64,000 nt of DNA. Source: Ruditapes philippinarum. Taxonomy: Eukaryota. This document shows positions 26,742 to 41,944 of this stretch, piece after piece. Each line of letters opens with the position of its first letter. The stretch's first letter is position 1. The position numbers and the translations under genes are program-made. Under the pieces are notes generated by a model. That model did no database searches. It had not been told where the DNA came from and saw nothing but the letters and a program-made list of their open reading frames with translations. Location of the stretch: positions 1 to 64,000 of the forward strand of contig NW_026860755.1 of NCBI RefSeq assembly GCF_026571515.1, given 5' to 3'.

Positions 26742-27062
26742 GGAGCAGTAGTCCAGTGGTAGGACGCGCGCTTAGGGATCGAGAGGTCCCGGGTTCGAAC
26801 ACCACTAGGGGCACTTCTAATTTCCTTGAGCAAGAAATTTACCTGCGATTGCTTCACTTCACCCAGGTGTAAATGGGTACCTGCTAGGGTGGTATAAATC
26901 CGTTGCGCCAAAGTGTCGGCTGCACTAAGCGGAGTTAAAAGACTTCCCAGGGAGATTGATAGATAGATACTAGTAGCCTGATGACCAGGGGTAATAGTTG
27001 TAAAGTCGGTAAACGTGCGTAAGCATGAAACTTAGACTATAAAATGCAATTACTTTACTTTT
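26742..27062 (+). mobile_element. tRNA-derived SINE with a CORE-like domain
   Basis: A box tagtccagtgg, B box gggttcgaacacc, CORE-like tccttgagcaagaaatttac...cttcacccaggtgtaaatgggtacc, and a (tactt)n tail. Confidence 0.8.
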
Positions 27063-29034
27063 AGTCATGATCATAGGTCAAAGACATATGACAAACAGGT
27101 CAGGCAATTTTCAATTAAAAAAGGGCAACAATTCAGCCAAAATAATTGACAAATGCTTAAAAATGGAATTCATGACATTATAAAAGTGTTTCAAAGCTAC
27201 ATGTCATAAAGTTCTTCCAAGACATTGATTTGTTCGAAAACTAAACCAGTTTTCAAGTTTAAAAAGAGTTAAAATTCAGTTGAAATAATAGAGTTATTTA
27301 CTTTTGCCTATAGATTGAAATCATGAAAAGTGTTTAAAGTTTCAAAAGCCTACGTTGAATAGTTTTGATAAAATGTGGACCGGATCCAAAAATGTACTAA
27401 TTTCCAAGTACAAAGAGAAGAATATTCAGACAAAAGTCTTGACAGTTTTAGGTACTTTTGCCTATAGGTTGTGATGATTATAACAAGAGCTCCACAAAGC
27501 GGGGCAATTTACACCCAATGGTGTGACATTGATCTTGAAAAAAAAACTATTATGACCAAAAGCATTGTGCAAAAGTTTGGTGAAAACTATCATTTTTTAA
27601 CCAATAAAAAAAGTTAAAAAATAAAAAATATGTCGCAAGTTTGGTGATGGGCAGGGGGTTGCAAATTTGTGAGATGATAGAACTTTATATACAACATCTA
27701 TTTTGCTAAAACTAAACTAAAACAAGTAATGCTAACAATGTTATGAAACATACAGGACAAACATTAACAAGTACAGCAACTTAACATATAAATCAACAAG
27801 AGGGTCATGATGACCCGTGATCGCTGACATGACAACAGGGCAGTGCCTCTTTTCACGCAAGGCAAATATTTGGTAGAAGACTACAATTCATTGCAATGTA
27901 CCAAATATCAAAGCCTATGCATTGCAGAATTCGCCAAGAACATTTTAAAACTTTTTTCCCTTTATAAGTCTTAATAAAACAAGGGATCCTGTGAGTGGGT
28001 TTAAGTGGGTCACCCAAAAATCATTCCTGTAAAGTTTAATGTAAATCTGCCTGGTGGTTTTGCAGATCATTTCTTTTAAACTGTTGACACACAAGCATAT
28101 TGAGCAGTCATTAAAGCCAAGCTCAAGCCTTTGGCTTATGAGAGCTAAAAAGACAAGTTGTGTAACACGAAAAAAATAAAACTACTGCTCTTAAAAGTAT
28201 TGAAACATCACTGTCTTACTGAGACAAACATTTATGCTGAATTAAAGTAAGATTGCTCGATGCTAAAGTTATGGCAAAGACAAGCTCTAAAATAACATTC
28301 AAAGTAAGACCTTGATCTTTTGAACCCGAGGTTTGTCTGACACTACCTCATGGAGGTAAACATTAATGCCATTTAGAATTAAATGGTACTTTCGTTAGCT
28401 AACATGAAATGCACCAAGTTACTTTATATGAATCACATAAAGCATTCAGCTATACCATATAAACTATGATATAATAACTATGTATACATTTCTGCTTAAA
28501 TAAAGATGTAGTACAAAGTTTGTGGCATATTATTTCATTAATTACTAAAACATCTTGTAAAACAATGAATATTGTCCTAGGTTGCACAATTTGCTACACT
28601 TGAGTAAAAATAAAAATGTTTTGTTTGAACTTTAAAAATCCACTACAGAGCTATGCCGAAATGTTTTAATCTTAAAAAAAGCTTAAAATACTGCAACATT
28701 TTTTAAAAACAAGTGCATTACTGTTTCAAAATCTTCATAATCATGTTCTGCAGAAAATATGTACAAATTTAAAGACAATTTAACTTAGCTGACATTAAAT
28801 CTGGTATGGTATTTCTACCAAATTTTATTTTATTTGTGATATTATACCAGTCTTAATGTCCTGCTAATTAAAAATTAAATCTCCTACATCAAGTTCTTAA
28901 TCACAAACAGCTCTGTAATCTTTTTTTTTTTTATAAAAGTTTGATTTTTAAAATAACAACACTGAAGTGGATAAGGTTCTTTTAGACTAATATAATAAAT
29001 ATTTTAGATTCCTGGAAATGTATATAAATTTATA

Positions 29035-29910
29035 AATAAGAGGGCCATGATGGCCCTGTATCGCATCCCTGACCCATCAATCGCATCCATTCTTAGACAA
29101 GCATCCTGGCCAAGTTTGATGACAATGGAGTCAACATGTGACCTCTAGAGTGTTAAAAATGTTTTCCATATTTTGGCAATGTGACCTAATTTTTGATTGG
29201 AGAAGACCCATATTCAAACTTGACCTAGAAATCATCAAAACAACCTTTCTGACAAATTTCCAGGATATTTAAAGATTTTTCTATTTTTAGCTCCTGTCAA
29301 CTAGTTTTTGACCAGAAATGACCCATCTTCGAACTTGACCTAGAAATCATCAAAACAATTTTCCTGACAAATTTCCAGAATATTTTGATCAAAACTGCAG
29401 CCACTAGAGTGTTAACAAGCTTTTTATTTATTTCTAGCTCCTGTGACCTAGTTTTTGACCGGAAATGACCCATCTTCGAACAAGACCTAGAAATCATCAA
29501 AAACAACCTTCCTGACAAATTTCCAGAATATTTGGATCAAAACTGCAGCAACTAGAGTGTTAACAAGCTTTTTTAATTTTTAGCTCCTGTGACCTAGTTT
29601 TTGACCGGAGATGATTCATCTTCGAACTTGACCTAGAAATCATCAAAACAACCTTCCTGACAAATTTCCAGAATATTTGTATCAAAACTGCAGCCACTAG
29701 AGTGTTAACAAGCTTATTCTATTTTTAGCTCTTGTGACCTAGTTTTTGACCAAATATGACCCATCTTCGAACTTGATCTAGAAATCATCAAAACAATCTT
29801 CCTGACAAATTTCCAGAATATTTGAATCAAAACTGCAGGCAGTAGAGTGTTAACAAGCTTTTTCTAATTTAGATCCGGTGACCTAGTTTTTGACCGTAGA
29901 TTACCCATCT
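29035..29910 (+). repeat. HINE/pearl-like element with ~146 bp internal satellite monomers (~5-6 copies)
   Basis: Head aataagagggccatgatggccct (hairpin). The monomer gtgacctagtttttgacc...gaacttgacctagaaatcatcaaaacaa...ctagagtgttaacaag repeats at ~29181, 29296, 29443, 29589, 29734 and 29878. Confidence 0.8.
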
Positions 29911-30964
29911 GACTTTTCCAAATTACTTCGAACATTTTATGATAACATAAACTAAATGTTATACTTCTTCTTAATATCTACATTTAATTTTCTTAAATAC
30001 ACAATCTCAAATAAATGAATATTTGATACAGAATTTTTTTTTTGAACGAGTTCGATAAAAGTATTTGTTCAATGCTAACCACTGGCTTTTATCAGTGAAA
30101 TGAAAGTCATATCATCGACATCACACTGTGAAGGATTAGAGCTTTGGCGAACTGTACCCTAGAGATGGATACTTATCTTTTCAAACTAATTATCTCGTAC
30201 AACGGCGAATATTTACTATGGGAAATACGCAATATTACAAGTGGATACAAGTATATTGAAGAAATTATGAAAATATTCACATAAAATGTTGAGGTTATTT
30301 CAGTTAAGAATGAGACAATTAATCAGCTAATACAAAAAACTTAACTTCCGAATTAATACATATATTAATCTTTAAAAAGTAGAGTAAGAAAACTGTACAA
30401 GGGCGCATGTTTTTAAATACTTAAAAAAACACCAACAAAAAACACCTTAAAATGCTGTTTATTGTTGTTTATTTAATGAATCGCTCATAAAGGAATGATA
30501 TAAACGTTACAAATATTCATTTAGCACAAACTAATGGAAATATAAGCATTTTTAAGAAGCAAACAGAAGGGAAAACAATAAAAAATAACAAGAAAACAGG
30601 AACGAACATAACGAGACAGAATAAGAGAAAATCCCGTTCAAAGGCGATTTTAACTATGACCTATACGCACTGATAATATTAAATCTGATAATAAGTATGC
30701 TATAGAATTTATAAAAAAAGTTTATATAAAATATTGAAGTTATTACTGTAAAGTAGTACACAATTCATCAAACTTCAGATAAAAAAACTTCCAATAATAT
30801 GCGCAAATAACAAAAAAATGGAAAAAGCAAACTAAAAAAACAGCATAAGGGCGAATCGTTTCTTAAAGATATACTTAATAAACTTCAAATGCGATGTGAT
30901 GTTGTATATTTCATAACATTATCTCATTGTAATGATAAATAACCTAACAAATAAAGCAAAAAAT

Positions 30965-31002
<38 letters not shown>

Positions 31003-32225
31003 AAAAATAAATACAAAAGATAACAAGATAAAAAGCGTGATGGTCTGAAATCCGAGGTGGTCTTAAGTAGGGATTCTACTGAAGTATACAACTCATCAAA
31101 CTTCAGATAAGAAACTTCCAATAAAATGCGCAAAAATAAAAAACATTTGGAAAAAGCAAAGTAATGTCATATTATTTTCTGTCATTTCATTTCCTGATAT
31201 TATGTAAAGTTTGGAACAATTCTTCCGTTCGGGCAGATTGCCGAGTTTGAATGAGTAAACATACATGCTTTTTCCTTCAAAAAACTGGAAGTTTTTTATC
31301 ATTTCGCAAAAACAACTATAAAAAATCCCTTCGAAAATGGCATTGTAACAAAACTGGTTTTCTGAAACTTTGAAAACCTATGAAATAAAAAAGCTAATAT
31401 CTTGAAACTATTCTTTTATGTGTATTCTAGGATACCGGTATTTTATTGCACAAAAATAGACTTAAAGTCAAAATATCAATTTGTGAAGATTGATATATTA
31501 AAGAATCGTAAAAAGAAATGGACATTAAGTCGACTTTTAAAATATATGGAATGATCAGTTTTACTTCTGTCACTATAAGATAAAGATAGGAGCATATTGC
31601 TTGTAAATTCTGTGACATTTTCAGAAAACATATGTGCAAGTATTTAGCATTTGCCAACATGTTGTTGTCCTTTTCTATAGGTCAAAGTGTGCATTGTCAG
31701 TAAATCTAAATAAACGTATATAAACTTACAAAGTTAAATTGATATTCATTTACGAAGTGACTTTTCTTCAAATTATGTAACAGAAGGGATAAATAAAAAT
31801 TAGAAAGGAGAGAGATGTTACTCTTTCATTATAAGTAAACTATCTAACCGGCTATTCTACGTATCTTATATAAGTGTATTAAGATTGCCAAGAAAATTCA
31901 CTTTGTTCTGGTATTTGATCATGTTCTTCGTCTTAATACATCTAACCGTTTTAATATCTATATCTGTTTAGAGAGAAAAGACATATATACGATTTTAATA
32001 AGTTAAATCACTAAATGCTACTTAAACATACGAAAACATATCATTTGTCACCTGGAATATTTTTCATGAAATATGAATACATAATTACAACGTTTATGAA
32101 CATATGTGTGCTGGTTTTCAAAGTAAAGATTTTGCTTTATATGTTAAATAGATGCAAAGTCGATTTGTATATGTCTTTGACGGTTTCTATAATAACTTAT
32201 ATTTAATTGTCTATAAAATTGCCCC

Positions 32226-32288
32226 CAATCAAACCGAGTCAGCGACATTTTCACTTTTTTCCCGTTTTGAGTTTTCTTAAGAGTATCC
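32226..32288 (+). ncRNA. 3' fragment of the structured RNA-like element
   Basis: caatcaaaccgagtcagcgacattttcacttttttcccgttttgagttttcttaagagtatcc is collinear with the 3' end of copy A1. Confidence 0.5.
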
Positions 32289-34677
32289 TTTTTTGACAAT
32301 TTAAGTCGATGTATTTACATGTGCATATATAATTATTAAAAGGAAAATTATGTAGGGTACTGTAAAAATGCAGAAAGTTTATAAAATTCCTTAACATCTC
32401 GTATGATATATTGTTTTTCGTGTGTTTTGAATTATTTATCTACAGTATATTGAAATTAATATCAATAATGAGTTGTTAAAGGTGATGCCTTAAAATTTTC
32501 CTATCCTTTAAATTTTTTTTTTTCCAAATCTTACCATTTGGCTTTTTATCATTTATTTTATATGTCTTTGTCAGTTTAATGACATCCAATATTAAAGATG
32601 TACTAGGCTCATCTTTGAGTAAAATATTTTTGTTGCTGAAATTAATTGAAATGCATAAAATTCATACTGAATATGTCTAATTTGAATAATAGAACACTCA
32701 AAAAGTGTGGAAGTAACATTCTGTATAACGGGTCAAGTAAAGTTGATCGTTTCTAAAAAAAACAAAACAAAAAACTGCCAGTCTTTTTAACCACACTATG
32801 TATTCATACTGTATTTACCTACAACGTGTAGAGTTCAAAACATAACATATGTAGTCTGTGTGTACTCAAAACATGTTTATTTTACATTTACAAAGAGACT
32901 GTGTAGCTATTATCACTGATTTCAAATATCAAATATAAGCCTAGTTTATCTTTACATTATTGTCCGTGCTTCGACATGGTGTCCACGTCTAGTTTGTTTC
33001 TGGAATGCGTTCATTGATTGTGAAAGAATTATTCAGTTATTTAAACTATTTAAAAATTTCAATCAATTTAAAGGTCTCTCAATCATTTATTTAATTCTTT
33101 TTAAACTTCAATCTACATTTTTCAATATTGTGTAAGAAATGAAACATTGTTATTATAGAATTGCTTTTCAGTGTTTAGATTTATAGTATTGCATGTTTGC
33201 AATATTTTTTTTTTAGTTTCCATCATAAAATAAAGAGCATTTAAGAATGTATGAGTATACGCCCCGGATAATTTTAATTATTTTATTCATTTATTGGTAA
33301 GATCGGTCTATCATTCAGACTTTTTCAGCTTCAATGTGTTAAAAACTTAATTAAAAAAAAATCAAAGTAAATACAAATTTCCCGCCCATATTCATTCTTA
33401 CCATTAAAGTTATAATACCGTTCAACGATGATATTTTACCCTACAACTTAGTTTTCAGAAATTATCACCTAAATCATAAGTATATCCTCATTAATGATGA
33501 ACTGCTATACAATTTTAATCTTATTTCGCCGAAACACTCGGATGCAACTGGATATGATATCGCCAGTTTTTGAAATCCCCGCCATTGTAAAAGCTCTCGG
33601 GCCCGATCGGTTTCATTCGGAATTAACTCATTTGCATACGGAAAAGTTCGGAAATGCTATAATTAGAAACAAGTTCGGAAACGCTATAATTAGAAACGTC
33701 AACAAACTTGCGACCCCGATATTAGGAGATATAATATAAATGAGGGATGCAATTTTATTTTATGTTTTGTAATTAATAAACGATATGAAAAGCTATTTAT
33801 TAGCTAAAGAATGTAGCTTATATCCTCGTAACGCGTTACGAAACAATCGGAAAAAGAACAAAATCTGAGACTGATCTACAGTAAACAAGAAGATGGAGCG
33901 TTGGTCATGTCTATGTCGTACGGTTGCTGTGGTCATTTGAAATCGGTAAATTAGCCGTTCTTTATGATCGCTTCGTACCAGAAATAATACGTACCTATTG
34001 CCAAGCTTCCATCGTAGTAATATGGCATACAGAAGTGTGCGTCATGTAAATACATGGTTGTGTATTATGAAACACAGACACTTGGGCTTTGGTGCTCAAT
34101 CTGTATTATATTATAGATGTTGAAATATGATTTTTTTTTCAAAACGGCTTATATTAAGTTTTTTTTTATATTTTAAAGGCGTTTTGAGCTCCAAACCAAA
34201 GTGTCTGTGTAAGGAAATTATAATGAAAAGAAATATAATTTGGCAATCTGGTGTAATAACCTGTATAAGGTGTTACCAGATTAAATAACCAGTCAACTGC
34301 ATGCAAAAGCCGATACATATTTAACATCTACAGACTCAACCGTTTGATATATGATAATGTATAATTATACTTCAATTTATAAGCAAACAAGAATAGAAAA
34401 AGAACCAAGTTAAAGTTCTGATGCCTATAATTTTGAAAATGATCACTCAAGACCTGATTTTTATGTTAGCCTTTTGTAAAAGTGCACATTTTGGAAAATA
34501 ATGTACTAATGAGAATTTCATTCCAATACAAACACAGTGCAAACTGTGTAAATGTTATTCTGTTAACAATGAACAGTTGCATTCCACTGAAAATAAGATT
34601 GCCAAGAATTAAATCCTAATCTCTGGATTATGTACACTGGTATGGCATAAAACCATAAATTTCACCACTTTATGTTC

Positions 34678-34804
34678 AAATGTTGAATTCTGCTAAAGCT
34701 GGTGCTAGGGGGGCATGGAAGGTAACTTGCACTTTCCAACAGGCTCACCAAATAGAGCCTGCAACAGTTTCAATTTTGTCATTTTGGGCTTTCTGCAGGA
34801 ATTC
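34678..34804 (+). ncRNA. Subfamily A core copy with an internal deletion
   Basis: aaatgttgaattctgctaaagctggtgctaggggggcatggaaggtaacttgcactttcca[deletion]acaggctcaccaaatagagcctgcaacagtttcaattttgtc...ggaattc aligns to 58950-59090 (-). Confidence 0.7.
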
Positions 34805-35888
34805 TTTATTTCTCTATTTTCTGATGTCAAATGTACTTTTTTAAAATTCAAATAAGATCACAGATTGTAACAATGTTTAACAAATAACTTTCAATGTTAA
34901 TTTACACTCCACTTCTCTTAGCACGTTTCAGGACACATTTTTGAATGTTGTTAAAATAACAAAAACACAGATAAATTGAAACATGTATTTGAACATTGGC
35001 AGTAAAACAACAATAAAATATTTTCAAATGAACAGCATATCTTCTTTTTCTTACTCTTAAAATTGTGCAACAGTGACTTCTTTACAGTTATAGTTTTATT
35101 TTTTATTCAATCCATGCTGTCTTAACAGGAAGAGAAAGTGTGAAGATGGCCAATATTGTAGAAGGAAATAATTAATATCTTAATTCCAACCAAATTGTAT
35201 GAACTTGAGCTAACCCCTTTAAGGGTTTCTGGTGATGAAGGATATTATGCTTAAGTAATTGTGACCTTAGACCTTATTAACTCCAAACTAATGCTTAATT
35301 ACTAATCTAAGCAATGTCCCTGGAAATGTTCAAAACCTTGGGACAATGAGTTTACATGTCACTGAGACCTTGAACTTATAATCAAATGGACCAATCTTAA
35401 AACTAATGGCAATCAGAATTTTTCCTGAGTTACATAAACTATACCTTACAATGTTACACATATTTAAAGGTACTTAAACTTTATGTCATCTTGAGCTTTA
35501 AATCTAATTACCTCAAAATCAGTTGGTGCCATTATCTTGGGAAGGGCAATGTTCCTACCAAGCCTAAAAACTTAGGCGTACCCCTGAATGTAAAATATTG
35601 TTTGTTCCCCCCTCCCGCGACCTACCTACAAATAGCACAGCTACCTAAAATATCTTATTGCCCAGGATTTGTTTACTAAAATGAAATCAGAGTGTCAATG
35701 AGAATGACATCTTTTTAACTGTCTCGTGATTTTTTAATTGTAAATATACAAATGTTGGGATATTTGTTGATTGAAACTGAAAATATGGTTCTAAATTTTC
35801 AAGTAAAACAGATGCTTTCATGCATTCACAATTTGTTTGAACTACATATAATTTTAATGAAAAATAAAACAAGACAAACATTTTGAAT

Positions 35889-36975
35889 AACTAGGAATGT
35901 GTCCATAGGACACGGGTCTCCCCTTCGCGCCACTGTTCTGTCAATCTTATGACTCTAGGTCAAATATTTTTTGAAAACTAAAAATCTTTTACTAAGTAAA
36001 GGGCAAGAACTTTACAAATACTGAATAAATTCACAAGTAAATCCCAAGGTGCATAAGTACGTATGCTGACCAACATTCTTTTAAACATTCAGGCCTACAA
36101 ATGAAATACTTTCTGAGCTATGCATGAACAAGTTGAAAATTGTAAATTATTCGATAAATTAAAGTGAACCTGTAGTAGCCACTCCTATATTGTCTTTCTT
36201 ATTTATATTTTATCCCTGTAGGATATTAATAATGGAGTTAAATGATAAATCATTTATGTTTGGCTGAATGAAATGAAAGAAAACATAAATACTTTTTGAG
36301 CTATGCATGAACAAGATGAAAATTGTTAATTTATACTACTGTAAGTCAAGGGCAATAACTCTAACAAAACTGAAAAAATCCACATGAAAGTCCCAGGTTC
36401 ATAGCTTCACAGTGATGTAAATCATTATTCCTGTAATTTAGTGATGTTGATCATTATTCCTGTAAAGTTGGTTGATTCTCACTCAAGCACTCAAGGAACA
36501 AATAACAACATAATGAAACGTTTTTTACTAAGTCAAGGGAAATAACTCTACAATGCTGGATAAATCCACAAGCCAAACCCCCAGGTGCAAAACTAAATAT
36601 GCTGAGCAACCTTCCCGTAAGGTTTAATGACTCTATGTCAAATCCTTTTTGAGTTACATGTGACACAAGTTGAAAACTGCAAAATTTTACCAAGTCAAGG
36701 ACAATAACTCTAAAAATCCTAAATAATTCCAGACGAAAATACCCAGATGCGCAACTACACATGCTGATCAACATTCCTGTAAAGTTTCATTACTCTAAGT
36801 CAAATACTTTTTGAGTTACATGCGACACAAGTTGAAAATTGCAAAATTTTACTATGTCAAGGGCCATAACTTTCCAAATATTAAATCCAGACGAAAATAC
36901 CCACGTGCACAACTACACATAATGTTCAACATTCCTGTAAAGTTTCATTGCTCTAGGTCAAATCCTTCTTGAGTA
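35889..36975 (+). repeat. HINE/pearl-like element with degenerate ~150-160 bp tandem monomers
   Basis: Head aactaggaatgtgtccataggacac (hairpin), then repeated aagtcaagggcaataactct...caactacacat...attcctgtaaagttt. Confidence 0.65.
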
Positions 36976-38104
36976 ACTACAATTCATGGACTAGTAACAA
37001 CTAGATCTCCGCGAGTCGGATGAGTTTAGTAGAAATGGCCAAGACAAAAATGAAATATGAAAATTAACAAAGGGCAATAAAGTTAAAGCCACTAATAGCA
37101 AATAACAAGCAAAGCCAAAATTTAGACATTGAACCTTGAAGGTCAAGGTCAATTATGAATGAAGGCCAAGGTTAGACAATACACCAAGAACTTTTAAAGT
37201 TATGAACTAGGTTCAAGTTTGCAGAAGGCAACGGCAGCAACATCTATTTCTTTTTTCAAAAAACAAAGAAAAGCTGAGCTAAAGTGAATGACATAGTACA
37301 TGTATATGAAAAGATATAATTGAATAATACTTTTAACTTCGTTACTACATTAAAGCTCATAGCATCACTTATAGTTTAATAGATTGGATAATATTTTGCA
37401 CTTGTAAAAAAAGTAGTAATTTTTCTGACAAAATATTAAAAACAGACCTTGAGTCATGACAAATGAATCAAGAGAATTTTTTGGAAACAAGATAGATACA
37501 GTGCCATATGTAAAAAGATATTTCATAAAAAAATCATGAATACCAGGTGTTCAATGTCAGCTTAAATATGTTTGAATAGTTGGGCAATCAGTGTAACACA
37601 CTAGTTATCATTCTTTTCCATAAAAAGTCAATCATATCTTGATTTATGTTCCCATGAATGGCTCGGGTAGGCTTCGGGCTAACTTGGGCCAAATATTTTG
37701 AAAGTCTGTGGGTGTCATCTTCCTCTAACTTTCTATTTTATATATCCCCTCCATGTCACTAATTCTCAGAGTTATAGCATCATGAAAAATGGTATAATGA
37801 TACTTTTTATTCTTCTTTAATTCATCCAGACTTGCTGACGTCTGAAATGAGAAATTAACAAGCCTGTTATAACAAAAATCATAAGTGTATACAATTCTCA
37901 AAATGCATTACATGTAATTATGTCCTCAAAATTTATTAGTCAGGTCAGGTCAGAGACTGCAAAATCTCTTTTGATTGAAATTAATATTACATAGGCAATA
38001 TAAATGCATAGTTATCACACTTTCAATAAATGTCTCTTATAATTCATAGAGGCAGGAACATTTAATACTAAGATATGCAGCATTTATATTCATATGCAAA
38101 AATG

Positions 38105-41100
38105 AAAAAAACTAGAAATGTGTCATCATGCAACGGATGCCCCCGCATGCAGCCAAAATTTCAGATGTTATAATATTTAGTTCCAAATTTGTTTGCACAA
38201 ATAATTTTTTTCATTTTTAGTTCAAAGCCCTTAAAACTTTTCAATGTTAACACAAACCATTTCCATACAATGTTCAAGGCACTGAAATTATTCAGTCTTA
38301 ACCTTTTGAAAATAGCATATTTCATATTTGTAGCCAAAATAGTGGCTACATACATTTCCACAAAAGTTATGGGTTCTTGAAACTGAAAGTTCAAATTTTT
38401 GCCAACATTCAAGAAAGATAAGTTTGTCCAAAATCATTGAACCATGACCAAATTCAAACTTAAACTGCTTATTCCTAAGATGTATCTATATTATTTTCAA
38501 AGTGAAAGGGACATAACTCTGCAAAAAAAAAATCATCGAACCATGACCAAATTCCAACTTGACCTGCCCATTCCATATCCATATGTCAAGTTTGAGTTAA
38601 ATATGTAACACTGTTGGGTAGATATGAACAGAAACTGTTAATTTCATATTATTTTCAAAGTCTGTCAAAAAATAATTGAACCATGACCAAATTCAAACTT
38701 GGCCTGGGCATTCCAAAAAACATATCCATATGTCAAATTTGAGTTGAATGTGTTGTACCGGTGGGGAAATAATACACAGAAACTTGATAAAATTTCATAT
38801 CATTTTTCAAAGTGAAAGGGGCATAACTCTGCCAAAAGTCATTGAAACCATGACCAAATTTGAAACTTGACCCTGCGCATTCCTTTGACATTTATCCATA
38901 TTGTCAAGTTGTGATGTTGAATGTGTTGTAACCGTTGGAGTGAAGATAAATTTAACGGAACACTGAAAATTTCATAATTATTTTCAAATTGAAAGGGGCA
39001 TAACTCTGCCAAAATGAGAATCAATACTCATTAAATCCAGCATATATAAAATCCAAATTCGACTACTTTACATTTGATGCACCTGTTATTCTAATCTTGC
39101 AAGTGGAACAATTATATCACAGCTGTGTAAATCTTTTATCAAAGATAATTATTACATTAGCAGAGTACTAATATTCAAAGTCATTTTTTTGGAAGTTATG
39201 TTATTGTAAAGGATGTTCCTTAATTAAAGTGATCATTATTTAATATTTTGATAACATGTATTTCGTTTTGCAGTCTAGATTGAGTATTCATATTTTTAAT
39301 AGAAACGGGCAGTACAGCTAGGCAATGTTAGGACTGAAGAGATATTTCATTTACTATCATGTCATCCAATATAGTATTAATGGGCAATTAAACTCTGTCT
39401 TATCAACTACCCCAAAAATAGACATTTTGCTTACATCCAACCAATCCAAACCTGCTCATATATATCAGTAAGCGTTGACCTGTATTTTATTTATGACAGT
39501 CACAATCTTCCACTTGTAATGGCCTCATTAGGATTTATAAGATACATGCAATGACATATGGTTCCCTTATTAATGTGTCACCAACAGTACAAAGCGTGTG
39601 GGGAATAATATCTGAACGTCGGTAAAATCATGGGTAAATAATTGCACTTAATCTTTTTACAAAAAGAACCTAGGGGCCCACATATCATTAGTTAAAATGT
39701 TATCCACTCTAGATTCCATTAAAAATACAATTGAACGATGACACATAGAAAAGAATTTAACCAAAGCAATGTTTTTTCCCGTTATTCCATTATATCAAAA
39801 TTTGATAAGATAATGAATGAATGGAAACGAATTTGATGATGACGGAATGACAGAATGACGGAAGGACGGAAACAGGGTAACACTATATGCCCTGGCCATT
39901 ACATGGCGGGGCATAAAAATGTTGAGAATCTGTATGCCCATAGAAAATAATGCACAACATTTTATTTAGGTTTTGCCTCTTTATATGTTTGAAGAACTGA
40001 AATCTTTTCTATTGAAATAAACAAAGAAACATGCTACATCCATATTAGACTCAGTACAGAGTACATCTATGTTGAACATTATTAAAGTTCCAAACAATTC
40101 ACTTTATTAACACAAACTGGACACTGTTTTCTTTCATTCTGTAAAATTGTGAAACATTACATGACTACATGTTGGAGTTTTGTAAGTAGCATACTTAACA
40201 GATCCCCCTTGTTGGTGATGTATGGTCAATTTGCATGTATATTATAATCTATGGCTGCAAGAAGATTGTGCATCCTATAAACAGGTGGTGTGTAAGCAAA
40301 TCTTTTGGTACAATACATCAAAATGTGCTGTTGAAACCCCTACATGCCAGCTGTACTTTTAAAAATGAATACAAAGAATGAAAAGATATTTTCATTTTAA
40401 ATGATTTTTAGTAAGGAAAACATCCTTTTACATTAACATATTCATATGCTTGATATAATCTCTGTATGTAAATAATTATCTTTGAAAAGATTTTACACAG
40501 CTCTATCCTTCAATTGATAAGTGCAATAAAGGTGGCCAATTAATTTATACATAATGGTTGTAGCGTCCATTTGCGTTAACATATAAAGGTGCTGTAAACA
40601 TTAAACATTCTATAATCAATAGACATATTGAGCTTTGTATTAATCAGGACATATACTCCTTTCCAGTTACGAAAATAAATCCTTTTTTTAAAAATTTCAC
40701 TCAAAACTGCTAGCATATCTTAACAAAGATAGACAATATCTCTTTGCAGAATTAATGGTTCCAACATTGGAGCCATTGGCTTCAACTTTTTGATTGGGCC
40801 AATCTGGTGGTGCAAACTAAAATTGCCCCAGGGGGAACCCTGTCAATAAAAAATTTCTTTTATTGTACCTGATGAGAACATACCTGCAGTTGAGATATTA
40901 TGTCATCTTATTCAGAACACCAGCCAGATCTTTCAGACTATGTGCATCTTATTTCCTTTGCAGCCATGGTTTGTTCTGGTTTCTAATGGGCCATGATTGT
41001 ACTAGGCATTGGTGTATTCCATCATCTGAAAACAGAATCCATTCATGCTCAATAACTATAAGATTGATGCAGACACTAAAATATATTATTCCCTGAAATA

Positions 41101-41215
41101 AAATATCAAGACAAATAAGCATGCATTAAAAATGGCAAAGAAGTCAGCCTTCAACAAGTTTTATGAAACATAACTAAGCATTTCACATTTATTTTACATA
41201 TAAAATGCTTACCAT
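38105..41215 (+). repeat. First copy of a ~2.7-3.1 kb direct duplication (partner 47844-50528)
   Basis: Near identical to 47844-50528 except for many 1-nt homopolymer indels and ~820 bp of unrelated sequence at ~39017-39833 that replaces about three satellite monomers. Confidence 0.9.
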
Positions 41216-41804
41216 TGTAATAGATGACCAAATTTACTTTATATAAGTACTATACTTCTATTTAATTCTGATTTCTTAATTTCCATTATGCTAGTACTGA
41301 TACTTTACAATCAGTTTTGAAACACTATACGATCACTTTTGAAACACTATACGATCACTTTTCTTGTTTAAAGTTAGGCAATATTATTACGCTGCTAAAC
41401 AATAAGTATTTGGAATCATTTGGCACTTTTGCCAACTTAAATTTATCCCATTCTGTATGTTAATTGCTATTAACAAGTGTCCTGTTAATTAACATGTTTA
41501 TGACGTCACTTTATGACGTCAAACTTGAACGAACACTTGGACGTGAAGGTTTGACGTCATAAAAGACCAGAAGCGCTCTGACCACCATTGCGGTAAGCCG
41601 TTGTTTTCATTTCTCGGAAGTTTTCCGATTTTCTTTTATTTCCCCTACCTTATTTATTTTATATGTATGTTAATTATGAAATATGATGACTTAAATATTT
41701 AATACAATTCATAAAACTTACATTTGCCTTTATTCTCATTTCTTTTGTTTAATTTACACAAACGGTCCTGTGATATCGAACCGAAAGACTGTTCCCCGTT
41801 TACA
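41216..41804 (+). mobile_element. 5' LTR (589 bp) of a Ty3/Gypsy retrotransposon
   Basis: TGTAA...TTACA termini, preceded by CCAT and followed by a PBS. About 5 substitutions versus 50529-51117. Contains three TGACGTCA (CRE) sites. Confidence 0.9.
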
Positions 41805-41805
41805 C

Positions 41806-41825
41806 TGGTGCACCGTGACCAGGAT
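41806..41825 (+). promoter_or_regulatory. Primer-binding site, tRNA-His-like
   Basis: TGGTGCACCGTGACCAGGAT lies 1 nt after the LTR and resembles the tRNA-His PBS TGGTGCCGTGAC with a small insertion. Confidence 0.7.
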
Positions 41826-41944
41826 CGTTTGTGCATTTATATATTATTATCATATATAGTAGTGTACTGTACATATAAATTTAGATCTACCATCAGTATT
41901 TTACCGTATTTATTTTACTAGATCTAGTCTGTACTTCAATAATT

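Noticed and set aside
29035-29910. CRISPR-like array (also 48150-49160 and 54470-55550)
   Set aside because: Monomers are similar along their whole length with no unique spacers, there are no cas genes, and the context is a eukaryotic satellite inside non-autonomous elements.
37660-37692. Possible cUUCGg hairpin ggctcgggtaggcttcgggctaacttgggcc
   Set aside because: The inner stem is mismatched, it occurs once, and it is not related to the structured family.
38105-41804. Whole 3.3-3.7 kb duplication as a giant LTR
   Set aside because: It has no TG start or TSD at the outer ends. The 589 bp TGTAA...TTACA segment has proper termini and the CCAT TSD.
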